A stretch of DNA of 64,000 nucleotides from IMG/VR virus record IMGVR_UViG_3300028833_000058; one strand, given 5' to 3'. Of the stretch, positions 1 through 9,978 are shown piece by piece. Below the pieces are notes generated by a model. That model was not told the DNA's origin. It saw only the letters and a program-made list of their open reading frames with translations, and searched no databases. Origin of the DNA: a virus. Taxonomy: Duplodnaviria; Caudoviricetes. The translations under genes and the position numbers were made by a program. How positions within the stretch are numbered: the stretch's first letter is position 1; every line of letters begins with the position of its first letter.

Positions 1-975
1 ATTCACAAATTGTTGAATTATTTCGATTTCGTCTTCACTTGTGACTTCACTGTCATTATTGTCTTTATGGTTCGCTGTTATTCTTGAAACATCAATGTGT
101 AAATCACTGTCTTTCATCTGTTCAACCTTTTCTTTTATTTCGTCTGTGTATAAAATATCCATACTTAAATCGACCTTTACATAGTTATCATTATCTATTT
201 GTAAAATCTCGTTAACATTATCATCTGTAAAAGTTAACCAATCTGGACAATTAAAACTTTCTCTTTTTATTCTACCTGTTTCCTCGTCATATAACACGAT
301 ATTGTTTCTTGAAACACCTTTGTCTTTAAACGATAAGCGTTGTGTAGAACCACAAACAATAATATTTTCGCCTATCTGTGTAAATCCATGATAATGAGCT
401 TCAAACACTTTTTTAAATTTATCTAATAAGTCTATTTTTACACCTTTGTTTGTAAAGATGCCACCGATACATAAATCAGCTATATCAACATGTGAAAAAA
501 TTATTTTGTTCTTTTTGTCTGGAATGTTTTCCAAAAAATTAGATAGATATTCATCGTCATAAGAAAAAGGTAAATAAACATAATCTCCATCTATCACTGG
601 TTCTTCATATAACTTGACATTATCAAAATATTTAAATGGAGCCAATTTGTTTATTCCAAAAACAGTTGCGTCATGAATTATGTCATGGTTCCCAACTATC
701 ATTTCTAAAGGTATATTGTAACATTTACACTCTTTAGCTAATTCTGAAACAAATTTAATCACAGCACATTGTGTCTCACCAGATATATTATCTCCAACAG
801 GGCCATACATGTCCCCACCGAATACACATTTGGTAATTTTATTTTCTTTCAATACTCTTTTCAACGAATCCAGACAAGATAAGTGCTCATTTTCTCTCGT
901 TGTAAACCCATTTCCTGTAATAGAAGAAAATCTATGACCACTTCCAAAATGTATATCACCAAAAAATAAAATCAT
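1..975 (-). CDS. SbcD/Mre11/T4 gp47-like recombination nuclease subunit (partial, runs off the left end)
   Basis: Not in the ORF track. Manual translation from ATG at 975 gives MILFFGDIHFG..., with metallophosphoesterase motifs GDIH, GGDMY, VGNHD, FSH and AHYH. Lies directly downstream of the SbcC-like gene. Confidence 0.85.
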   Translation of the reverse strand, partial: MILFFGDIHFGSGHRFSSITGNGFTTRENEHLSCLDSLKRVLKENKITKCVFGGDMYGPVGDNISGETQCAVIKFVSELAKECKCYNIPLEMIVGNHDIIHDATVFGINKLAPFKYFDNVKLYEEPVIDGDYVYLPFSYDDEYLSNFLENIPDKKNKIIFSHVDIADLCIGGIFTNKGVKIDLLDKFKKVFEAHYHGFTQIGENIIVCGSTQRLSFKDKGVSRNNIVLYDEETGRIKRESFNCPDWLTFTDDNVNEILQIDNDNYVKVDLSMDILYTDEIKEKVEQMKDSDLHIDVSRITANHKDNNDSEVTSEDEIEIIQQFVN

Positions 976-976
976 C

Positions 977-3040
977 TTATATTTCCTCTATTTGTGTACA
1001 ACCTAAAGACTTTTTACAAATAATTTTATGTGGTATTACTTCTGACACCATGGCGTTGTTTGTAATCCAATAAGCTGTTTCAACTCTTTCTGACAAATCT
1101 TCTATAATACCAATTAGTTGCTGGCACCCAAGAGAATCTAATTGAGCTTCAATTTCATCTAAACAAAGGATATTAAAACTAATCTGTGATGTAGATTGCA
1201 ATAAGTCATATAATGCAAATTGGATAGCTAGGTCCAAGCGTTTCTTTTCACCACCAGACAGTTTAGACACGCTTTTTTTAATCCCTAGGCTGTTTATATC
1301 AATTTCGATAGAAGCACCGCTTAAACGTAAACATACCTCTGTATTCTTGAAAAAACTATGTATATAACGTTGCATATACGCATTTAAATTTTCAATATCT
1401 CTATTCAAAAGATATGGCCTTAACTCACCTTTGCTTCCAAGTAATTTGTAATAATAATCGGACAACTCACGTTTACTCGTTAAATCATTTATTGCTGACC
1501 TAAGTGCTTTTCCATTCTCTACTATTTGGGCTATTTCTTGCTCATGGTTTGACTTATTTTCTTTTAACTTCTGTATTTTAGACTTTAAATTTTCAATCTG
1601 TTGTTCAAGTTTAATCTTTAAGCCATTGACTTCACCTATTTTTGCTTCTAATCCACTGACTTCTTGTCCAAGTTTATAGACCTTTTCTTTAGATTCTTTC
1701 TGTTTTTCTTGTTTTTGTTTATATTCTTCATTTATCCCTCTCGAATTTTGTTCATGACTTTCGTTTAATTCTTTTAACATAGATTCGTAGTCTTCTTTTG
1801 ATGATTTAATCAAATCATCAAACTGTTTTACGGCATCGTTCAACTCTGTTTCTTTCTTTAAGATTCTTTCATTGTTTGATTTAATTTCGTCATCTAATTT
1901 AGAAACACTTGATTTTAATTCTTCAAGTTTTGATTTTTTATCAGCTACTTCTTCATCTGTTCTTATTAAAGGACGACCACAAGTAGGGCAATTCGGACTA
2001 TCGAACCACTTTTGTAATTCATTCGCCTGCCTATTCAAATCTTTTTGTTCAAACGATAAGGTTTGATTCTTTGATTTAACACTTGTTATTTCTTCTTTAA
2101 TCTCATTTAATTTCTTTTGATGGGTTGAATTTATTTCATCGTTAATCAACTTAAAACTATTATCTAATTCTGATTTTAATTTGTTATATTCAGCATTAAT
2201 GTCATTCAACCTTTCTGTATAACTTGATAAGTCTTCCAATTGAACTTTTTGGGCTTCTTCTAGTTCAACTTTCTTTTTTTGTAATTGTTCTGAATAACCC
2301 TTTGTTTCATCAGTATAATTTTTTAATTTTTCTTCGCCGTTTAAAGAAATTTCATCTTGTAACGCACTGTTTATTTCTTCTTCAGTAGTCTTAATCAATG
2401 CTTCATAAGTTTTATAACTCCCAGTCATCTCATTGATTAACTGTGTTTTTTCATTGATTTCTTTATCACACTCTTTGATGTCTTTGTTAGCTTCATCTCT
2501 TACTTTATCCCAGATAGAATAATCACGGATACTTTCAAGAGTTTGTACACGTTGTTGAGGAGACAAATCCGAAAACGCTGACTGTATGTCATGCGTCATC
2601 ATAATCGTACTATGTAATAAGTTAAATGGAATTTTTATAAGTTGATTCAGTCTTTCTTGTGTATCAGCTATTTTATGACACGATACATCTTGACCATCTA
2701 TTTTAAGTATGAGATTGTTTCCAAACTGTGAATGTTTTCTGGTACGAGTTAATTCAATCTGAGTTTCGTTAGATTCGATATAAAGGGTAACGTAACAATC
2801 TTTTCCAGCAGTTTCATTAACAACTTCGTCTGCCAGAACCTCATTTGTTAGAGTCGAACCTGTTAAACACCAATAAATAGCTGAAATTATAGAACTTTTA
2901 CCACACCCGTTTGTAGAAGAAGGTTCATCCAAATTTATACCTTCAATAGTATAAAGGCCTGGCTTAATTTCTAACTCAACCTTGTCTTTTATACTTCTAA
3001 AACTTTGTATCTCAACTCTTTTTACATTGAATTTAGTCAT
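977..3040 (-). CDS. SbcC/Rad50/T4 gp46-like ABC ATPase recombination subunit
   Basis: Walker A (NGCGKSS), long coiled coil with central zinc hook CPTCG, signature LSGGE, Walker B LCLDE. Confidence 0.92.
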   Translation of the reverse strand: MTKFNVKRVEIQSFRSIKDKVELEIKPGLYTIEGINLDEPSSTNGCGKSSIISAIYWCLTGSTLTNEVLADEVVNETAGKDCYVTLYIESNETQIELTRTRKHSQFGNNLILKIDGQDVSCHKIADTQERLNQLIKIPFNLLHSTIMMTHDIQSAFSDLSPQQRVQTLESIRDYSIWDKVRDEANKDIKECDKEINEKTQLINEMTGSYKTYEALIKTTEEEINSALQDEISLNGEEKLKNYTDETKGYSEQLQKKKVELEEAQKVQLEDLSSYTERLNDINAEYNKLKSELDNSFKLINDEINSTHQKKLNEIKEEITSVKSKNQTLSFEQKDLNRQANELQKWFDSPNCPTCGRPLIRTDEEVADKKSKLEELKSSVSKLDDEIKSNNERILKKETELNDAVKQFDDLIKSSKEDYESMLKELNESHEQNSRGINEEYKQKQEKQKESKEKVYKLGQEVSGLEAKIGEVNGLKIKLEQQIENLKSKIQKLKENKSNHEQEIAQIVENGKALRSAINDLTSKRELSDYYYKLLGSKGELRPYLLNRDIENLNAYMQRYIHSFFKNTEVCLRLSGASIEIDINSLGIKKSVSKLSGGEKKRLDLAIQFALYDLLQSTSQISFNILCLDEIEAQLDSLGCQQLIGIIEDLSERVETAYWITNNAMVSEVIPHKIICKKSLGCTQIEEI

Positions 3041-3096
3041 AAAAATCTCCCTGTTTATTTATGGTTACTTTATTACCAATTCAAAGTAAAGACAAT

Positions 3097-3657
3097 TTAT
3101 AAAGTGTTTTTATCCACTTCATCATAAAGTTCATAAGCGTTGGGAACAATTTGGTCAAAACTTAACACTCTTTTTTCTGGGCTTTTGATAAATCTTTTGT
3201 ATTCTTCTATCGTATCAAGTTCAATCTCTGTATAAAACATTTTGTTGAACAATTCTATGGCTTCCTGAGCTTGTTCTTCTTTGCTAAAGACTATCCACAT
3301 ATCACTTTTATTTTTGTATTTGTTACGCTTATAATTGGCATCTACTACGCTGATACACCAACCCCAAAATTCTGGTAATTTTTCAACAATTTCATCTGTG
3401 GATAACCCAGAAAACTTTTCATTCTTCCAATTTACACGAATCTTACATATCCCTGTCGGCTTTGTTAATAAATCACGTGTTTCTTTAATCAATGGCAAAC
3501 AATTCTTGTAATAAAGTGTAGTTCCTACCTTATGGTATTTCTCAGAAATCTTAATCTTACTTTTTTTCAATAATTCTTTTACAGCTTGTAATTTCTTGTT
3601 ATATTTTTCATCTTTGATTTTACTTTCTGGATTTAAAGCTAAATACATCAAATTCAT
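3097..3657 (-). CDS. hypothetical protein
   Basis: 186 aa ORF with a strong RBS (AAGGGGAG); no recognised motif. Confidence 0.6.
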   Translation of the reverse strand: MNLMYLALNPESKIKDEKYNKKLQAVKELLKKSKIKISEKYHKVGTTLYYKNCLPLIKETRDLLTKPTGICKIRVNWKNEKFSGLSTDEIVEKLPEFWGWCISVVDANYKRNKYKNKSDMWIVFSKEEQAQEAIELFNKMFYTEIELDTIEEYKRFIKSPEKRVLSFDQIVPNAYELYDEVDKNTL

Positions 3658-3740
3658 GTATATTCTCCCCTTTTGTTAAAATACTATTTATTTAGAAATA
3701 TTTAAATTTGAGTATTTTAGAAATTAAATTTCCATTTATC

Positions 3741-4262
3741 TTACATGAACGGAAAATTGTGAATGTAATCGTCATATATGTTAGAAACATCTAATGTTCT
3801 TCTAACTTCTTCATCATCAAACCTTGTAAAGAACTTATCTGTATAAGAATACAATTTATCTCTGTACTTTATAGCTTCTTTTGCCAAATCTTTATAACTC
3901 TTGATTGTTGACGAACTAAAACTTATAAGCTCAAGAAAAGAATCAAATCCCTTACTTGCAGCATATTTCTCTAATTCTATTATTATTTTCTTTTTAGATT
4001 GTTTTCTAAATAAAACTAAACTGTCTTCTAACTTCTGCTCTATTGTTTTCTTTGGAGCTTGTGATTTAAAATAACACTTACCATCATCAGCTTCTACAAT
4101 TTGTTCATAAGTTGCGATAATCGTTCGATTGTACCAATCTTTGTTGTTTGGATTAGATACATAAGCTTTAGCAATTTCTAAATCAGAAACCCATCTAATA
4201 CCTTTATCTGGTGTATCAACACAAAATTTAGTAGCATGTTTCAAATCACCGATTATTTTCAT
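3741..4262 (-). CDS. hypothetical protein, possibly tail-fibre assembly/chaperone-like
   Basis: RBS AAGGAGGAG and an upstream AGTTCTA motif. The C-terminal pattern (LEKYAASKGFDS...YRDKLY) loosely resembles tail-fibre-associated chaperones. Confidence 0.45.
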   Translation of the reverse strand: MKIIGDLKHATKFCVDTPDKGIRWVSDLEIAKAYVSNPNNKDWYNRTIIATYEQIVEADDGKCYFKSQAPKKTIEQKLEDSLVLFRKQSKKKIIIELEKYAASKGFDSFLELISFSSSTIKSYKDLAKEAIKYRDKLYSYTDKFFTRFDDEEVRRTLDVSNIYDDYIHNFPFM

Positions 4263-4291
4263 AAATCTCCTCCTTTTGTTATAACATCAAT

Positions 4292-4298
4292 TAGAACT
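4292..4298 (-). promoter_or_regulatory. AGTTCTA putative late-promoter motif
   Basis: TAGAACT on the + strand, about 30 nt upstream of the ATG at 4262. Confidence 0.6.
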
Positions 4299-4442
4299 AT
4301 AACTTTAGAACGAAGATTAGATAAAATTTTAAAATTGAATATATTTTATTTTTGTCAAAAATTCTGTCGAATTAAAGAAAAGTAACAAAAGAAATTAATG
4401 CTCTATAGGTCCTTATAAGCTTTAAAAGAAAGAAAATATAAA

Positions 4443-4482
4443 ATATACTCGTATAATGGACAAGCCATTATACTTCGTATAT
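4443..4482. repeat. Nested inverted/direct repeat in non-coding region
   Basis: atatac-tc-gtataatgg-acaag-ccattatac-ttc-gtatat: a perfect 9 bp stem flanked by two TATAC(T)TCGTATA direct repeats. Confidence 0.7.
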
Positions 4483-4542
4483 AAGAAAGAAAAACCGATT
4501 CGTGATTAGTTGTCAACGATTTTTTTGAAGTTATCCACAGAC

Positions 4543-7332
4543 TTAAATATCGATTTCAGAGAGGTCTTTATACTCAATTTCACCAGAATCTAAATTCTTA
4601 ACTTTAACTCTAATATTATCATCTTTGTCTGTCAAGACATCTACTATCTGAAATTGTTCTTGTGGCATAGACATATCCATAGAATCATCTTCAGAACTTC
4701 CATCTTCTGGTCCATAACCACCAGTATCAATATTTAAATCTCCAAAATCTCCTAAAGAATCTTCTCCTTGGCTATCTCCCTGCCCTAAATCTACAGTATC
4801 ATCTTGTTGCATATCATTAGATGATAAACTTTTATTTGTGGGGGCATCCACACTATCTGTTGAATTATCAGAACCAAATCCAGCGTTAGCTTGAATAGAA
4901 GCATCAAAATTAGAAGCTACATCTGTATCATCTTCTTTTAATTCTTTTAACTTATCTATAAAAGCTCCTTTCTCTAGAGATTCTCTTTTTTTATTTTTAT
5001 ATAAATATTGTACAGCGGTGCCTAAACTAGCTGAAGTTGTATCCCCCATGTTACCACAACAGAAATCTTCTTCTATTGCAGATTCTTCTTTATTCCTATA
5101 TTCATCTTCAGATTGACCAATAGCGTCTAACCCTAAAACCTTTGTCCATATACCTAAACCGTTATATTTAGCTCTAGGGTCATTATCTGCATAAACAATA
5201 TTATCATAATTAATAAGGTCATTTACATTGTTATCAAATTTCTTTTGATAGTCTTTATAACTGGGGTCAAACGTACCAACTTTAGAATCATGTTCTTTAT
5301 GAATATCAACAATAGATTGTTTATTAGCAGCAAGTTGTTGTTTTAACGAATTATATTTCTCATATTCGTTTTCTAAATTATTAGAAACATTGATTAAATC
5401 TTCTTTCTCTTGCTTATGTTGATTAATAACATCTTGTAATTCTTGTTTTCTTTTATCTAACTTATTGTATTTATTATCTAATCTTGTTCTTTTTATATTA
5501 GATATATCTGACTTGTTTCTTTCTGCATCAATTTGCTCCATTTCAGCATCAATCTTTTCTATATCCTTTTCTAAATAAAGAATTTTTATACCAAAATCGT
5601 CAGCTTTATCTTTTAAATTATTTTTTATGTCTTCTTTTGAGGAGCCTTGCTTGAATAACCAAGATTTGTTATCAAGTTCTTTTTCTAATTCTTTGTTTTT
5701 ATCAGCTAAATCTTTTATTTCTTCCCATCCAGCTGTTTTGTTTATATCAGCTTCTTTCAAATCGATACTTTCATGTAACTGAATATTCTTTGGAAGCGGA
5801 TATCTGTGTTCTTTTAACCAGTTGTGTAATTCAGCAACAGATTTAAATATCTCAATTTTATCGTCATGAGAGAGACATAAGTTTAAATTTTGTTTAAAAA
5901 TTTTAGCGTTTTTACTGGCGAGAGTAGCAGTATTACCTTCTTCATTAACAACCCATGTGTTATAATCATTGTGATTGTTAATTTCTCTTATTTCATCTAA
6001 AATGTCTTGAACTTCTTTGTTTAGCTTTAAAGAATCGTTGATTTTATCAAGAACCTCTTTGGTCAATTTATTCTTTTTAGCTTCATCTTTTTCAGACATG
6101 GCAGAAGTTTCTTCATCGTTAAATACATCTGAAGTAACTTTACTTGGGTCAAATTCATTTTCGTTTGTATTTATAGAATGAAAAGTGTTACCTTCTTGTA
6201 AAACTGTACGATTATTGTTATTCATGGTCGATTCCTTAGCATTAAATCTAAATAATCCGTTGAGTTTATCAAATATTTTATAGTCACCGTTGTGGGTTAA
6301 CCAGTTACTTTCATGTTCATCAGCACTTTCTACTATTTCTGGATTACGTCCTTTGTATGTTCTTATCATATCAGCCAAATTGTCTTCTGTATCTGTATAT
6401 TTACCCTTAAGGTCTCTGTTATTTTGTAATTGTCTAAGTAAATTTCTCATTGTATTATAAATTTGTTGTTTAGAATAATTGTTTTTGACCGTCCCATTGG
6501 CTAACATCTTAAGGTCAATAAGTGTTTTAGCTGGTGTTTTTGAGAAATTGTTAACAATTTCGTTGATTACACTTTTATCGTAATCTTTAACTGGTTCAAA
6601 TTTAATTTCTTTTCTATCGAATTCTTTTTTACCTTCCATCTCATGAGTAACATACATTTTATAAGCGTCTTTAAGGTCTTTTCCTTCGTTACTATGGTCT
6701 TTTAACCAAGGTACAAAGTAATTATCACGCCAAATAATAAATTGTTGTACGTTGTTTGGTAAACTGTTTATATCAGCTTTTTTAGATATTTTTGAAGATT
6801 TAAACATTGATTGAGTTGGGTCCAGATGAAGACCATATTTTTTGTTTATTCTTTCAATTACATCTTCATGACCTGGTTTAATCATACCATTTTCATCTAG
6901 GTAACTTGCTAATTTATTGGTATTTGGGTCAATATAATACCACATTGTATCTGTATATGTATTTGTATCACCAGGTATTAATGGTGTATTTCTTTCTGTT
7001 ATTCCATTGTTTACGAAAGCTCTCTTCAATTGACTAGTACCTTGCCAAGTGTAACCAGCTTGATTAGACAGCCTTGATGATGAAACTTTATCAATGTTAC
7101 TCAAGATTCTTTCTTTTTCTTCTTCACGGATTTTTTCACATTCTTCGGGACTTTTGTTTCTACACCATCTCTCACAATTCTCATCATAATTGTATATGGC
7201 ATCCCACAGTTCATGTAAGGTACCATTTTTTTGCCAATCGTTCGAATCTTTACTAATGGCTCTTTTTATAGCTTTATCGCTTTCGTTAAAGATTTCAAAT
7301 AAGTGTGGCGCAATAAAATAGTCGTTTTTCAT
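4543..7332 (-). CDS. large acidic/coiled-coil protein, probable head-internal protein
   Basis: 929 aa with an upstream AGTTCTA motif. Many x-x-E|(S/G/A/D) sites (FNE-S, IVE-S, LQE-G, LHE-S, LKE-A, IEE-D, LKE-D) and an acidic C-terminus. Confidence 0.5.
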   Translation of the reverse strand: MKNDYFIAPHLFEIFNESDKAIKRAISKDSNDWQKNGTLHELWDAIYNYDENCERWCRNKSPEECEKIREEEKERILSNIDKVSSSRLSNQAGYTWQGTSQLKRAFVNNGITERNTPLIPGDTNTYTDTMWYYIDPNTNKLASYLDENGMIKPGHEDVIERINKKYGLHLDPTQSMFKSSKISKKADINSLPNNVQQFIIWRDNYFVPWLKDHSNEGKDLKDAYKMYVTHEMEGKKEFDRKEIKFEPVKDYDKSVINEIVNNFSKTPAKTLIDLKMLANGTVKNNYSKQQIYNTMRNLLRQLQNNRDLKGKYTDTEDNLADMIRTYKGRNPEIVESADEHESNWLTHNGDYKIFDKLNGLFRFNAKESTMNNNNRTVLQEGNTFHSINTNENEFDPSKVTSDVFNDEETSAMSEKDEAKKNKLTKEVLDKINDSLKLNKEVQDILDEIREINNHNDYNTWVVNEEGNTATLASKNAKIFKQNLNLCLSHDDKIEIFKSVAELHNWLKEHRYPLPKNIQLHESIDLKEADINKTAGWEEIKDLADKNKELEKELDNKSWLFKQGSSKEDIKNNLKDKADDFGIKILYLEKDIEKIDAEMEQIDAERNKSDISNIKRTRLDNKYNKLDKRKQELQDVINQHKQEKEDLINVSNNLENEYEKYNSLKQQLAANKQSIVDIHKEHDSKVGTFDPSYKDYQKKFDNNVNDLINYDNIVYADNDPRAKYNGLGIWTKVLGLDAIGQSEDEYRNKEESAIEEDFCCGNMGDTTSASLGTAVQYLYKNKKRESLEKGAFIDKLKELKEDDTDVASNFDASIQANAGFGSDNSTDSVDAPTNKSLSSNDMQQDDTVDLGQGDSQGEDSLGDFGDLNIDTGGYGPEDGSSEDDSMDMSMPQEQFQIVDVLTDKDDNIRVKVKNLDSGEIEYKDLSEIDI

Positions 7333-7361
7333 GTTTAATCCTTCAAGTGTAATCTTATATT

Positions 7362-7368
7362 TAGAACT
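7362..7368 (-). promoter_or_regulatory. AGTTCTA putative late-promoter motif
   Basis: TAGAACT on the + strand, about 30 nt upstream of the ATG at 7332. Confidence 0.6.
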
Positions 7369-7457
7369 TTTTTAGATAAATGGAAATTTAATTTAAAAAT
7401 TATAAAAAATTCACATGTTCTTATAAACAGTTGTTAAAAAGAAGGAGACCTAATTTT

Positions 7458-8192
7458 ATGTGGAGTGGAAATAGTGATATTCTTAACCACCAGTCGTCTA
7501 AAAATTACATGTACAATGATAAAGTCTTTATTTTAGATGAAATTACTGACGAAAATTGTGCATATCTGATTGGTGATTTGAGCAACTTTATCTTTGATGA
7601 ACAAAATAAAGGTAAACAATTAAATTTTTTCATAAACAGCCCTGGTGGTGAAACTTATGTTATGATGTCCATTATTGGACTCATGAACATCGCTAAACTT
7701 TATAACATTGAACTCATAACATTTGTTTTAGGAACAGCTGCTTCTGCTGCTTCCATGATAGCTGTACAAGGTGATAAACGTTTTATGAGCAATATTTCAC
7801 GTCATCTTGTACATTTTGGTTCAATTTGGGACGTTACGACTAAAAATAGCGAGATTGAAAAGATTTATGAACAAAACAAAGAGTATGCTGATAATTTAGA
7901 TAAGCTTTATTTAACAGCTTGTAGAGGAAAACTGACTAAGACAGTGCTAGATAGATTGAAAAGAGATGAACGTGGCTATCTAAACGCTGAAGATTGTTTA
8001 AAATATGGTTTTTGTGATAGCATTATTGAAGATGAATTAACTCAAAAGAGATATTATGATATCCAGAGAGATAGTTTTGATAGAAATTTTATGCAGGGCA
8101 TTGTTTCTAAACCAAAAAAGAAAAAAGTCGTCAAAAAAACTTCAAAATCCGTAAAAACTCCATCGAAGAAAGGAAAAACAAATGGTAAATAA
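7458..8192 (+). CDS. clpP: ClpP-family protease with a Lys-rich C-terminal tail
   Basis: Motifs INSPGG, AASAAS (catalytic Ser), LVH and YLNAEDCLKYGFCD. Start moved from 7431 to ATG 7458 because of AAGGAG at 7442-7447. Confidence 0.85.
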   Translation: MWSGNSDILNHQSSKNYMYNDKVFILDEITDENCAYLIGDLSNFIFDEQNKGKQLNFFINSPGGETYVMMSIIGLMNIAKLYNIELITFVLGTAASAASMIAVQGDKRFMSNISRHLVHFGSIWDVTTKNSEIEKIYEQNKEYADNLDKLYLTACRGKLTKTVLDRLKRDERGYLNAEDCLKYGFCDSIIEDELTQKRYYDIQRDSFDRNFMQGIVSKPKKKKVVKKTSKSVKTPSKKGKTNGK

Positions 8193-9687
8193 GGACGAAA
8201 TATTAGAGTATTATCATCAGTTATGTCTTTTGAGTAAAAAATCATTAACTCGTGAACAATATAGAAGTATGAATCCTAGATTTTCATCTGGTTTGATTGA
8301 AAAGTTGTGGGGAAATTGGAAAAATTTTGCTTTAGCGAGCTATTCTTACAGTAGAAATTTGGTAAGAGAAGAAATTCATATACCGAACAGTGTTTCACAG
8401 AGTAAAATTGTCATTGTATCAAGTGTGTTTTCTGGTGAATCTTATGATGAATCTGCATTTGAACTGTTAAAGGGTATGGCAAAGCACTTAAACGCTGATT
8501 TACGTCTACTTTATATCAATACGAGTAAAAAGAAAAAGTTTACAGAGCAACAGTTGAACGAATTAGAACCATATTTAGTGCAAGATTTATCGTTTACACA
8601 AGACAAATATTGTGTTTGTAAAAGTATTGACCTAAAATCAAGTTGTAAAAAGCCTTTAACAAATGTTGAAAAGATTTCACATGATTATAATCTTATTGTA
8701 ATTTCTTCTGCCAAACAACAATGTAAGATTTTACCTTATGATACTGCAAATGAAACATTTAAGGTTGCTTATTCTACTGGTACAATTTCAAAGTTTGATT
8801 ATAAAAACACCATAAATGGTTACATAGATAGAGAATATAACAAATGTGGTGCTGTTGTCTTGGAATATGATGAAACGAAATCTAGATATTTACCAAGAAA
8901 TGTAGAAGTAGTAAACAATGAGATATATGATAAAGACAATATTTTCTATTTTGATAACAATGGTGATGTAAGGGTTAAAAAAACTAATATAGACGCTTTA
9001 GTTCTTGGAGATTTACATTTACCAGAAGCTGAATGGACATCTGTTGCAGAATCTATAACTCAAATTCGTGCTTATAAACCAAAGTATGTTTTAATTGGAG
9101 ATTGGTGTTCTTTCAACTCTATAAATCATCATGAAGCTAATAAATATTTAGATAAAGTTAGGAATTGTCAAGAACCTTTAGCAAAAGAATTAAATGAATG
9201 TATTACACAATTGAATCACTTCGTAAATATGACTGAAAATTGTGAATTTTTAATTATTCATTCTAACCATGATGAGTTTTTAGACAAGTGGTTAAACAGT
9301 GGTGAAATGTTTAAAGAAAAAGATAACGCTGTTATTGGCTGTGACTTGTTTTCTTGTTTATCTAAGAATGAAAACCCTTATTTTTATTATGAGTTAGATA
9401 GTAGAGTTAGATTTTTAAAGAAAGGTGAGAATTTTACTTTACATGGTATTGTTCTTTCTAATCATGGTCACGTTGGTTTATGTGGTACTAGAGGAAATTC
9501 AAATACTTATGTAAGAACTTACCAGAAATCTGTTACTGGACATACTCATTCTCCAAAGATAGAAGATTCGAATTATACTGTCGGAACTTGCAGTAGAATT
9601 AACTTGTCATACACAGACCATTTGAGCAATTGGGCTTTTGCTAATGCTTTTGTTCATGAAAATGGTACTGTTCAGTTAATATTTTAG
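8182..9687 (+). CDS. calcineurin-like metallophosphoesterase
   Basis: C-terminal motifs GDLH, IGD, SNHD, HGH and GHTH. Confidence 0.8.
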   Translation: MVNKDEILEYYHQLCLLSKKSLTREQYRSMNPRFSSGLIEKLWGNWKNFALASYSYSRNLVREEIHIPNSVSQSKIVIVSSVFSGESYDESAFELLKGMAKHLNADLRLLYINTSKKKKFTEQQLNELEPYLVQDLSFTQDKYCVCKSIDLKSSCKKPLTNVEKISHDYNLIVISSAKQQCKILPYDTANETFKVAYSTGTISKFDYKNTINGYIDREYNKCGAVVLEYDETKSRYLPRNVEVVNNEIYDKDNIFYFDNNGDVRVKKTNIDALVLGDLHLPEAEWTSVAESITQIRAYKPKYVLIGDWCSFNSINHHEANKYLDKVRNCQEPLAKELNECITQLNHFVNMTENCEFLIIHSNHDEFLDKWLNSGEMFKEKDNAVIGCDLFSCLSKNENPYFYYELDSRVRFLKKGENFTLHGIVLSNHGHVGLCGTRGNSNTYVRTYQKSVTGHTHSPKIEDSNYTVGTCSRINLSYTDHLSNWAFANAFVHENGTVQLIF

Positions 9688-9695
9688 ATTATTGA

Positions 9696-9725
9696 CTTTA
9701 CAAATATGTTTTTGACAACTATTTT
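9696..9725 (+). promoter_or_regulatory. sigma70-like promoter candidate CTTTACA-N17-TATTTT
   Basis: Upstream of the glutaredoxin-groES-groEL genes; the same -35-like heptamer occurs at 53796-53802 and 54826-54832. Confidence 0.35.
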
Positions 9726-9764
9726 CTTATCAGAGATTGAAATTTTAGGTGAGGGCGACTATAT

Positions 9765-9977
9765 ATGAAAATAATCAAAGGTAAATTTTGTATGCCGTGT
9801 CGTATGTTATCTCAATGGCTTAGTGATAATCATATTGACATTCCAGAAGAATTTTCAGATGACAATCCAGACGTTGAAAAATATGGAATTAAACAGACAC
9901 CAGCTTTAATTACAGATGATGGGGTTGTTATTCAAGGTTTAGAAGACATTAAAGAATATTTAGAAGAGGAAGAGTAA
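9765..9977 (+). CDS. glutaredoxin/NrdH-like redoxin
   Basis: 70 aa with a CMPC active site and a downstream TP cis-Pro motif (KQTPAL). Confidence 0.75.
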   Translation: MKIIKGKFCMPCRMLSQWLSDNHIDIPEEFSDDNPDVEKYGIKQTPALITDDGVVIQGLEDIKEYLEEEE

Positions 9978-9978
9978 C

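Noticed and set aside
3397-3405. Additional DnaA-box matches (3397-3405, 52779-52787)
   Set aside because: They lie inside coding sequence and are compatible with chance in AT-rich DNA.
4443-4482. loxP-like site (ACTTCGTATA resemblance)
   Set aside because: Only a partial half-site match; the arms are not arranged 13-8-13 and there is no tyrosine recombinase in the window.
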